Shown: positions 27,201-39,200 of the stretch, piece after piece
Position numbering within the stretch: position 1 is the first letter of the stretch
How the letters are laid out: each line of letters opens with the position of its first letter
Source: Lingula anatina
Lineage: Eukaryota; Animalia; Brachiopoda
Assembly: GCA_051362555.1 (NCBI GenBank)
Contig: CM120642.1
Location: 2,356,001 to 2,420,000, forward strand
DNA: 64,000 nucleotides
Direction: 5' to 3'
Position numbers and translations under genes: made by a program
Notes under the pieces: model-generated
Told to the model about the DNA's origin: nothing
The model's database searches: none
The model's input: the letters and a program-made list of their open reading frames with translations, nothing else

Positions 27201-30200
27201 GTGGTTAAGGACCTCCTTGAAGTGCTGAACCCACCGTGCTGCTTGCTCACACTCTGTGGACAGGGTGTTGCCATTCCTGTCTTTCATCGGAGCAGAATGG
27301 TTGTTGTTGTGGCTTCCGCTGAGCTGTTTGGTGATCTTGTAGACAGTACCCATGTCACCTTATGCTGCAGCCTGTTCAGCCTCACTAGCTAGCTTTTCCA
27401 CAAAGGCTCTCTTGTAACTCCTAGCACTTTTCTTCACCTCCTTATCCTTGCTCTTGTAGGCTGCTCTGTCTTGTTCTACGAGCCTAGGGGATTTGGTGTT
27501 CAACAGCTTCTGTTTCAGGATTCTCCTTTCATCAATAAGCTTCCATGTTTCTGGTGTTAGCCATTCCTTGTTCTTCTTCTTCTTGAAGCCAAGGACTGCT
27601 TCTGCTGTGGCGCAGTAAGTACTCTGGATGGTATCCCATTTCTGGCTGACATTGTCTGCTTCAATCCTATCTTCTCTTGCTAGAGTGCCGAAACGGTTCT
27701 TCAACTCGAGAACAAATGCAGTCTTGGTACGAGGACACTTGAGTTTGGAGATGTCCAGCTGTTTCCGCTTCCGTTGTTGACTCTGTGGAATGACCTTCTG
27801 GAGTTTCAGCCTGATGGAGGAGGCGACAAGGAAGTGGTCACTGTTGGCATCAGCTCCCCGGTAAGCTCGAACATCTTTAAGGGACTTTCGCCACTTGCCA
27901 TTGATAATGATGTGGTCGATCTGGTTTGTTGTGGTTCCATCAGGTGATGTCCAAGTGAGCTTATGAATGGTCTTGTGCGGGAAAATGGTTCCTCCAATGA
28001 CCAGCCTGTTGTTCATACAGAAGTCAACCAGGTGTTCCCCGTTCTCATTCATCACCCCACATCTATGGGGTTCCATCACTCTCTCAGAGTTAGAATTGTA
28101 AGCTCCCACTTTTGCATTAAGGTCACCAATGACTAGGAGTAGGTCATGCTGTGGGACTCTTGATACTGCCATTTGTAGTTGCTCATACCAGTCCTCCTTC
28201 ACATCAGCCTCAGCGTCAATAGTTGGGGCGTAGCACTGAATGATAGTGAGTTTACAGTGTAGTGTATTAGCCTATGTATCGTTTACGCGTCACGCCAGGT
28301 GTCGCATGACACCTGGTACCATGTGACTTGACGCGTAAATCTTGAATGTAATAAAGCAGAACTCACAACAATGGCGACAAGGATGGTCACATTTTATTAC
28401 GTTGAATGATAATTTTACGATTTTAAACAACATGGAGCCTCTATGCTCAAATGAAATTGACAATAGTGGTGAGGAAACACGGATTACACGAATGGAAAAC
28501 GAAATTAGACACTTAAACTCAAAATTTGAAGGGCTATGTGAAAATGTTTATAAAATGACAGAAGGATTGCAGAAATTTCAAACAGAATTTATCTCATATA
28601 TGCGACGTGACAATCCATCCTTATTGGAAAATTCAGCTTCACCCTTGACTCATGCTCAGCAAGGACACATTGAGATAAATGATCCTCATGATGGCGATGC
28701 TCCTCCCGGCTCTGATACTTCAACGGAGTCTTCAACTCATGGTTTAGCTGAGCGAATAAGTTCAAATGCTGATTTTGTACCAGTCCCGGGGCAGCCAGTT
28801 GTCAGTGACCCAACCGTGCCAGCGTACCGTTATGGACGTCAGAATTCTGATCCGAGAGGGCCACATCGACAATTCCGTGAGGATGTACCCACATTCACTC
28901 CCACGCAAAGATCGCAGCCAGTGGACACTCCCCTGTATACTGACGAAAACCGACAACCACCTCCAACAGGTAGGTCATTTCCCATATACAATGAGTCACA
29001 CATTACCTGCCCCCAGCCGCCCACCCGTTTTCAATCATATGATGGAAGTACTAACTTCTATTCATATTACGTAAAATTATGTTGCGTTGCTGAGAGCAAG
29101 GGATGGGGAGTCAAAGAAATCTACGAAATTATGATCAATTCACTAGAAGGTAAAGCCCTTGACGAGTTTGTAAAACTACCACCTTACGAAAGGATGCACC
29201 TGTACAGTGTTGTAGATACCCTCATGAAATGTTTCGGAAAAACCGAAAATTCATCCTTGGCGCGAACAGAACTGGCCGCTATAAAACAAAAAGAAAACGA
29301 AAGCTATGAGGAATTTGGCTCACGTGTGAGAATTTTAGCGATGTCTGCCTACCGTGGTACTGGCCTATTTAATCAAATGGCCACTGAATCGTTTTTACGT
29401 GGGTGTTCAGACAAAGATTTAGTGGAAAAAGTGATGTGCATGAGACCTAGAACATTAGAAGAGGCGGTCGAAAATGCCCGTACGTGTGGCGCAAATATGC
29501 AAATTCTGGGGCTACGCAATGAAAATTGTAGTAAACAACTGCGCAAAGTTACTTTTAAGGAACCCCAGTCTCCATGTACAGATCATATTGAGCGTCAAAA
29601 TCCACCTAATGTGAGTCGCGTTCAGTTTTCACCTCGTAGCTCGAGTCCTAATCGGAGAAAATCATTTCAGTCAAATGATGTAGAGCAGAGGTTGCAAAAC
29701 ATTGAATCCTCGTTGTTAGAATTGATTCAGTTATTCCGTCAGTCCGTGAACCAAACACAAAAGGGCAATGACACTCAGTTCAGTACACCCCCCAGGGGCA
29801 TCACAAGGTGCTATAATTGCCATGAAATGGATCACATAAGCACCAATTGTCCCCAGAAAAACAGTGATTCGTTAAACCGCAACAGGTCGCCTGTGCGGTC
29901 CAACAATCGACCTCAGCTGCAGTAGGACCAAATCTGATCCCACACACTGTTTATTGTAATGGCATGGACAAAGGTGAAAGTTTAGTGGTCCCCATACATG
30001 TCAATGGAATCAAAACTAACGCTGTTATCGACACAGCAGCGCAAGTGACCATAGTTAGTGACAAGTTGTTATCAGAAATTACTGGAGAAATTACTTACGG
30101 CGGGTACCATGACATAAAAGGTATACCGCAGATTAACTTACGAGCAAGAGAAATAAAAGGCCTAAAATTAGCAATTGGTTCAGAAGTGTATGAATGGACA

Positions 30201-33200
30201 GTACTTGCTGCTCCTATCCCAGACAATGTTTTATTGGGTTTAGATTTCTTAAAAATGTTTCAGTGTAACATCTGTCTGGAAAACAATTTCATATCGTTGG
30301 CCAGACCAGATCCTTCAAATAGAAGACGAAACAAAGTTCATGCCTCTATAAGAAAAGGTAGTGACAATTATTTAGTGGCGAATCGTGTCATTTTATCAAA
30401 GAAAGTTGCCGTTCCACCGCATTCTGAGAAGTTTGTTCAAGTCCCCTTTGTTGCGGAAAGGAACAAAACATTTTTACTCAACGCCCCTAAATATGATCAG
30501 AAGGGTCTTTCGGTGCCTTATGGGTTGATAAGCACCGATTATACGGATGATTGCCTCAGTTGTTCACTCACTCTAAGGAATGAGACTGATAAGTCAATTA
30601 CCTTAAAAGCAGGTCATGTGATGGGTGATTTGGAAGAGATTGAGCGTGTACTGGGATATCCTGAGATTTTTGATAGTTCAAATGTGCACCAGTCTTTCTC
30701 GGTGTTGAAAGTTGATGTGAACTCTAACGATGTGAAGAATAATATTCCTGAACACGTGATTGATTTGTGGAAACGATCTAGTGAGGATTTGTCTGATGAG
30801 CAGTCTCTCAAATTAGGCAATCTTTTGACAAAATACGCCGATGTTTTTTCCAAATCTGAATTTGATATCGGCCATTTTACCAAAATTAAACATAGAATTG
30901 ATACAAACGAAGCAAAGCCTATTAAACAAAGACTGAGACGCACACCTCTGGGTTTTGAACAAGAGGAAAAAGCTACATTAGATAAATTGTTAGCCGCTGA
31001 TATTGTGCAACCCTCTTGTTCTGAATGGTCTTCCCCTCCTGTTTTAGTGAGAAAGAAAGACGGCACTTTGAGATATTGCATAGATTTTCGTGCTTTAAAT
31101 AAAGTGACCGTCAAGGATGTGTATCCACTACCACAGATAGACGAATGCTTAGATGTTTTAGCGGGCACTCGATATTTCAGCACTCTTGATATGAACTGTG
31201 CTTATTATCAGGTTGAAGTTGAGGAAAGCTCCCGGCCTAAAACCGCTTTTATGACCAAGTACGGTTTGTTTGAGTTTAAACGACTACCGTTTGGTTTGAC
31301 TAACAGCCCTGCTACTTTCATGCGAGCAGTCAATTCCGTTCTGCATGGTTTGACGTGGAGACAAGTACTCGCTTACTTGGATGATGTTGTTGTGCTTGGG
31401 AACAATTTTGATGATTCTATAGCCAATATTGCACTGGTGTTGGATAGATTCAAAGAAAATGGATTGAAATTAAAACCATCCAAGTGTTCATTACTCAAAA
31501 GGAGTGTTCTCTATTTGGGTAAATTGGTAGATGAGAATGGCATTGCTCCAAATCCTGACAGTATAAAAGCAGTTCAACGTTGGCCACGTCCAAAATGTAA
31601 GAAAGACGTGGAAAGATTTCTTGGTCTAGTTAATTACCATAGAAGTCACATAAAATGTTTTGCTGCTATGTCTGGTGTACTGTATGATTTGACCAAAAAC
31701 AAAAGTGTTTTTAATTGGACTAATGAACACGAAGTTGCATTCAATGACTTGAAACAGGCTTTGGTCCATAGTCCCGTGCTGAGTTTTCCAGACAGTGATG
31801 GTTTATTTATTTTAGACACGGACGCCAGTGATACTTGTATTGGAGCTGAGCTCATACAGGTGCAAAATGACGCTGAAAAGGTCATTAGTTATGGCAGTTT
31901 TGCTCTCACTCCTAGTCAACGTCGTTATTGCACGACTAAAAAGGAGCTTTTGGCAGTAGTCCGATTTACTCGGCAGTACAGGCACTATCTACTTGGTAGA
32001 AAGTTTGTAATAAGGACAGATCATTGCAGTTTGACTTGGATCATGCGTTTTAAATTGCTCAATGGTGTTTTAGCAAGGTGGATGGAGGAATTGGCCCAGT
32101 ATGATTTCGAAATTCAGCACAGATCGGGAAAAAACCACAGTAATGCTGATTCATTGTCACGCATTCCTCTTCAGCACAAAGACTGTTATTACTATGAAGA
32201 TGGTTGTGATGTGACAAAGTTACCTTGTGGAGGCTGTCATCACTGTACCAGGCTTCATGAAGAATGGGACAGATTTAATAAAGATGTCGATTACATAGGG
32301 CCCCTGTCTCTAAGAAGCGTGAAAACTGTTACACCTGCCGTAGACCCACCCAGGGAAAATACTGGGAATGTTGAATTGTTTGCAAAGTATACAGCAAGTC
32401 AACTCAGAGAAGCGCAATTAAAAGATCCTCACTTATTAAAGGTGATAGGTTGGATTGAGGAAAATGTAAGTCCTTCTCAAGAGGAGTTGCAACTATGCTC
32501 GACAGCTGTGAAATTTTTATGGACAAACTTCAATTTGCTGTCCATGAAAGATGGTGTTTTATATTACAGCAGGTTTGATAAAGGCTCTTTTAACCCTCTT
32601 TTGGTATTACCCAAAGAATTTCAACAGGAAGCCTTATCATTGTGTCATGACCCTGTTATTTCAGGTCATCAAGGGATTGCTCGGACTCTTTCTAAGTTGA
32701 GACAAAGTGTATTTTGGTATGGAATGACTACCGACTGCAAACTGTATGTCAATTCATGTGTGGCCTGTGAAAAAAATAAAAAGGCAAACAGGAAATTCAG
32801 AGCTGAATTGCAAAATTTCCATGCCGGTGCACCTTTAGAGAGAGTTCACATAGATATTTTAGGACCACTTACTCCCAGTAAATCAGGGAATAAGTACATT
32901 TTAGTTGTCGTATGTCAGTTCACTAAATGGGTGGAAGCGTATCCATTAGCGGACCAAACTGCAGATACGGTTAGCAAAACATTGGTAAACAATTTCATTG
33001 CTAGGTTTGGTTGTCCAACTATCATACATTCCGACATGGGTGCCAATTTTACAAGTGAATTGTTTAGTAATGTTTGCAGTTTACTGTCCATTAATAAAAC
33101 TCAAACCAGTCCGTACAGGCCGAGTTCGAATGGCGCCGTCGAGCGTCAGAATAGGACTATCATGCAGTGCATACGGTGTTATTTGGAAGGACAGGACAGT

Positions 33201-36200
33201 AATTGGGATAAACATTTATCTTTAATTACAAGCGCAATCAGGGCGGTCCCTAACAGACAAACAGGTCTGACCCCAAACATGTTGATGTTTGGAAGGGAAA
33301 CTAGACAGCCCATTGATTTTACGTTTGGTTTAAAATCTATTAAAGGAGATGTTGAACCAAATAGCTATGTCATGCAATTAAAAGAGAAGCTAGAGAGCGT
33401 TCACGAGTTGGCCAGAAAATGTCTCGGCGAAAATTTAAAGACACAAAAAGCGTACTATGACGCAAATGCCAGACAGACACAATATTGTAAAGGTGACCTA
33501 GTGTATAGATATAATAACATGTCAAAACCCGGTCGTTCAAAGAAATTACAGCCTGTATGGCTCGGTCCCTTCAAAATTATTGAGGTGCTTTCTCCAATTT
33601 TGTATAAGATAAAAACAAAAAGAAAAGTTGTGGTGGTGCATCATGATCACTTAAAGCCCTGTAAGGGAAGGGGGGCCCTAAAACCCTCCAAAGCTAAATG
33701 TGTGACTCCTCCTAATGTGGGTGATGACCAACCGCAAGGTGATAGAACTGTCAAAGATGCTGTTGTTACGAGAAGTGGCAGAACAGTTATACCTCCAATA
33801 CGTTATTGTTGAGAGGAAGACTCAGAACTAATGTTATTATTAACAGATGTGACAGCGATATCCACTACAATACGTTATGCCAAGGACAATTTACTGAGAT
33901 AATGGGACATTTTCTGTGAACTCTATTGACTTTGAACCGAACATTGACTATGTTTTACACACATATATTGGCTACATTATACTGAGCCTGTATTTGCATT
34001 CAATATTCTATTCATACAAGTGACACAATTATATGTCGTTCACTTTATCAAGGCATTTGTAAAAGTTGTTTGTATTCTGAAGCTGTTTGGATGCACAGCA
34101 CAGTCTTGTGAGTAAAGTGCATGTGTCATGTTGATAATGCAGATTTAGCGTAATTAGTAAAGTTCATATGTGCCGTTTATGCAGTAATGTATGCACATTT
34201 ATATATAAAAAATATGGGACTTGAAAGTATGCACTGTTTAACACAACATGTTACCTTAGTTATAAGGAAATAATGTATTTATATGTGCCGTTAATATGTA
34301 ATGTATATGCACAATTATTATTTACTATGCACAAAAATAGATCTCATTATCATTAACTGTGCTGATGTAAGGCATACAATACATATAACATTGTCATTTA
34401 AAGCAAGGGTTGACTAAGATGCTGTTGATAAAGTGTAATCCGTATGTATGTTAAAGTTATGTCAACAATTGTAATTAATTCACACTTATCTTAATTATCA
34501 GTGGTTTATATATAAGCATGTTTTGAAAATATGATGGGGAGGAATGTAGTGTATTAGCCTATGTATCGTTTACGCGTCACGCCAGGTGTCGCATGACACC
34601 TGGTACCATGTGACTTGACGCGTAAATCTTGAATGTAATAAAGCAGAACTCACAACAACAGTACTTTGAGTCAAAACGCGCTCTAACAATCCCCTCACTG
34701 ATAGGTTCCCATTCCATGAGAGTTCTGGCCTTCTCTCGAGAGAGAATGATGGCTACCCCATGACTGTGTGTGCTCTCGTGTCCAGAGTACAGGATAAGTG
34801 AGCCGTCATTTGTCGTGAGACGCCCTGATCCTATCCAACGACATTCGCTGATACCCAGGATGTCTAGTCGGTATCTCTTCATCTCATTGATAACTTGAGC
34901 TGTTTTGGAGGTCTCAAACATTGTGCGGACATTCCATGACCCAACACGAAGGATGGATTTGGGCCCCAGTGCATCCGACTTCGCACTCCTGACTTCCGGG
35001 GGTGGGCTTTCATCAGAAGTGGTCATAGTGTCATGGTCTTGACTCGAATACACTGAGATCCTAGTTGAAGTAGAAGTTTTTGTGGTTTCTGTAACAATAA
35101 TTTGAACCGGGAGGGTTGTTGCCCAAGCCCCCCCCCCCCGCGGTAGGTTTTTTCGTTAGGGTTTTCCGTCCCTTAGCCAGAGCCTCGTTTGCCTAGGCCC
35201 GCTAGGACCTAGTTTCCAGGGTGTACCACGGGGAGGAGAGGTTGACTTGAGTGATCTACGGGTCACCGGCAAGCCACTTAAATTTCACCTTTCGCCCTTA
35301 CGGACTAGCCGGCCATAACAACACTGGATGTGAAGCAAAGCGCCTGAACACCCCTACACAAAACAAGTTTACATATGTTTTATTACTGAGTACTGTTCTA
35401 AACAGGTGCCGAATGACAACACAAAAAATTATAGAGATTAACTTACCCTGTCCACACAGCAGGGATCAGCTCCGTGCTGAATGAGTAGAGCTGCTACATC
35501 GCTGTGTCCACCCACAGTAGCATCATGAAGTGGTGTGCGACCAAACTGAAGAGTCACAATGTTTTAATTAAACAAAATGTTTTATATAAAGGTGTACCAA
35601 ATGATTAAAATGTACAATGACATTCAATGCAATCACTCCTGAAATACTTAATATTTTCAGTAACCAATGCATCTTACACGAAGATGAACCAATGTTTAAG
35701 GAACAATTAAAATAGTCATTTATAGGGAATAGAACGAAATTAAAAATATACTAAACCACCAAAAGCAGTTCAGCAAAGATGTGATACATTTTACAATTCA
35801 TCATTTTATTCTGTTGAATATAAACATCACATAGTGTGTGAATCTGTATGTCGATGAAATGATGCAGTTAACAGTTTCCCAGTTTTGTTATGTTTCGTGA
35901 TCTCATCATGCAGAAATCACAGACTATTAAAAACAATAATGACTAATATCCACTATAGATTCAGGTATCATAAAATCATTAAAGGATTCACATGCAATGT
36001 TTCTAAGTGATGAATTAAAATTTTCAAATTACCAAGAAACTGATCCATATGGTATGTCTACATTGTGAAAAGATAAAGATTATTGGAAGGAGCTATAATC
36101 AAGTAGCATAAATAAACCTACCCTAGCTTTGCAGTTGGGATCTGCTCCACGTTGCAAAAGCAAAGAAGCTACATTGATGTGACCACCTTCAGAAGCGTAA

Positions 36201-39200
36201 CTAAGTGGTGTACGTCCACCCTGAAAATACAAATTATTTCAGTGACTCGTAACTCACGAAGGAATGTATTGATTGATTCAATGAATGATGAATGGTGACA
36301 AAACTCGACCACAGGAAATCAAACAAAACTGAAAGTGTTTGATGCACTAAACTGCATGAAAACAAGGCAATCTTTATCATATATATATATATATATATAT
36401 ATATAACATGCAATGTGTGTACGAACATACAGGTATATCACTGTAGAAATGGCAGTTTATAGTTCCCCAGTTTTTAAATTTTTTTCTTATTACACAAAAC
36501 ATCGCGGAGGGGGTTTATTCCAAATGTATACATAACACCCACAATGACTACATATTAGCATCAAGTATTATAAGATACACATATAATGTTTACAAATTAA
36601 ACGGTTTTTTAATGTTTAATTACTGAGTACTGTTCTCATAACACCATAATGAAAATTACTATAGATATCAACTTACCTTGTCCTCACAGCAGGGATCAGC
36701 TCCGTGCTGAATGAGTAGAGCTGCTACACCGCTGTGACCGCCCACAGCAGCATAATAAAGTGGTGTGCGACCATACTGTAGAGTCACAACATTTTCAGTT
36801 AACAACATATTTTACAGAAAGATTCAGAAATGTAACGAATGATTCAAAATAACCAAACAGTTATGTACAGTGAATAAAAACAAGTTAAAATATATTCGAC
36901 CACCAGCAGTACAGCCAAGTCGTGGTACACCTAACTGCAGGTGGACAAGATGCTGTTCATTTTATCAAACTGAATATAGTACATCATACAGTGTGTAGAC
37001 CAGTTCGTCGATAAAGTGGTGCAGTTTACAGTTTCCCAGTAATGTAATTTTTTGTGATCTCATCTTACAGAAATTGATGATTTTAAAATCTTCATTTACT
37101 CAAAACGGATCGCTTCAGGAATGACTGCATGAAAAAATATAGAGATTATGGGAAGGAACTGTATTTCAAGTGGCATACACAAACCTACCCAAGCAATACT
37201 GAAGGGATCAGCTCCGTGCTGCAAAAGTAGAGCTGCAAAATCTTTGTGACCACCGTCAGCAGCGTAATGAAGTGGGGTACGGTCATCCTGTAGATACACA
37301 ATATTTTCTGAGCTCGATATACACTGTATCTTGCACACAGATGGGCCAAATACTTAATTAACAATTAAAATATATAGTGATTTATAAGGAATAAAACCAA
37401 ATAAAAAATATACTAGCCTACCAACAGCAGTTCATCAAAGATGTGACACATTTTACAGTTCATCATTTTAGTACATTAAATATACACATCACATAGTGTG
37501 TGAATCAGTTTGTCGATGAAATGATGCAGTTAACAGTTTCCCAGTTTTGTCATTTTTCTTTATCTTATCATGCAGAAATCATAACGAGCATTTTAAACAG
37601 TGACAAATTAAATCTACAATTAGATTCAGGTATCATTAAAATGTTAGAGGATTCACATGTATTGTTTACAAGCAATGAATTTAAAATGTTTAATTACCAA
37701 GTACCGATCTCATAAGGTATGTCTACATATTGAAAATTATCTAGGGGGAGGTACTATATTTTTAGAAGCATATACAAACCTACCCAAGCTTTACTGTTGG
37801 GATCAGCTCCATGCTGAATTAATAAAGCTATTAAATCGATGTAACCACCCTCAGCAGCGTAATGAAGTGGTGTACGATCATCCTGAAGATACGCAATATT
37901 TGCAGTAACCGATTTATTTTACAGACAGATTACCAACTGATTCAATGATCAATAAAAAAATGAAACACAGGCAATACATCAAATTGAATGTACACACACT
38001 GGACAAAAGAAGTGTCACCCCTACTGAGCCAATACTATGGGGGAGATAAATGACTGTGGAATGATATGCTCCTGGTATCATTTTATTAACATCAAATTTC
38101 ACAAAAAAATCACAAAATGAGAACAAAATATACATTCTACCAAAATATGCAGTTTCAAGTCCAAAATTAGTACTTAGTGGCATAGCCACGTGACCTAATA
38201 ATAGGTGCCAGTCTACGAGGCAAGGATTTATATAATTGTCTGTTGCGTTCAGGGCTTATGCTGGCCCAAGCATGAAACACTGAATATAACAGAGTTTCTC
38301 TGCTGGTTAGACGGGCATTTGTCAAAAGTTTTGACATATCATTCCACACATTTTCTATTATGTTTGCTTCCGGACTCTGGGCAGGCCACATCACCCTGCG
38401 AATGCCCTGTTGGTCAAACCAATCATCAACTGCTCTGGGCCTCTGACAAGGAGCATTGTCATCCTGGTGAACAAATGGATAATTCGTGTCACCAAACATG
38501 TTAGTAATAGATGGTAGCAAGCCTGACTCCAAAACATCGATATATTTCTAGTGATTCATGTTTTCATCAACCACAATCAATTCGCCCACGTCATGGATGC
38601 TGATGCAGCCCCACACCATGATGAATATGCTGCTCCGGGTTCGAAAATTCAGTACATGTGGTTCAAATGCTTTACCAGCAGTTCGCCAGCATCGTACCCG
38701 TCTGTCATCAGAGGTCAGACCAAAGCGACACTCATCAGAAAAAAATATATAGGACCAATTGTCATGGGCTGTCCAGTTCCAGATCCTGTTGACCCTAGTT
38801 CACTCTACGTTGCCTCTTTTGTAACGATATAAGAGGTTTCAGTCTTGCTACCCTGCTGTACACTCTATGAGCATGTAACCGACGCCTAGAAATTTTCACA
38901 GACACATTCTTATTTGTGAAATTTTTCCACTGTGTTGTCAACTGACAAGCAGTGTCGAACTTTGACAACCTGGACATCAAAATCAGTCGTCGGTCTTCAC
39001 GGCCAGTAGTTTTTCTTGGACGACCCATCAGAGGCAATTTGTCTCTTGATCCAGTGTTTTTATACCGAGACCAGACCCTCTGGACGGTTCTGACTAAACA
39101 ATTCAATTGTATCGATATACTGACATTGCTTATATTCCGCCTCTTCAGGTTAATAACTTGCACCTATAACCGTTAGATTATTGCCTGTATCTTGCCATAT

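Larger units (their letters stand above)
28258..34657 (+). mobile_element. Intact Ty3/Gypsy LTR retrotransposon nested in the RTE LINE
   Basis: Apparently identical 113-bp LTRs (28258-28370, 34545-34657; TG...CA); 4-bp TSD ACAG; PBS TGGCGACAAGGATGG (tRNA-Ser-like); PPT ATGGGGAGGAA. Confidence 0.96.
25600..35354 (-). mobile_element. Full-length RTE-clade LINE (~3.35 kb without the Gypsy insert), APE plus RT, frameshifted
   Basis: APE motifs GSWNVRT, GISE, GDLNAK, IDHI, SDH; RT motifs RQGCILSP, FADD; (TGA)n tail at 25600; 8-bp TSD TACACAAA (25592-25599, 35355-35362). Confidence 0.92.

Noticed and set aside
28342-28431. N-terminal extension of the gag ORF in the track
   Set aside because: Starts at a non-ATG codon inside the LTR and runs through the PBS; ATG 28432 is more plausible
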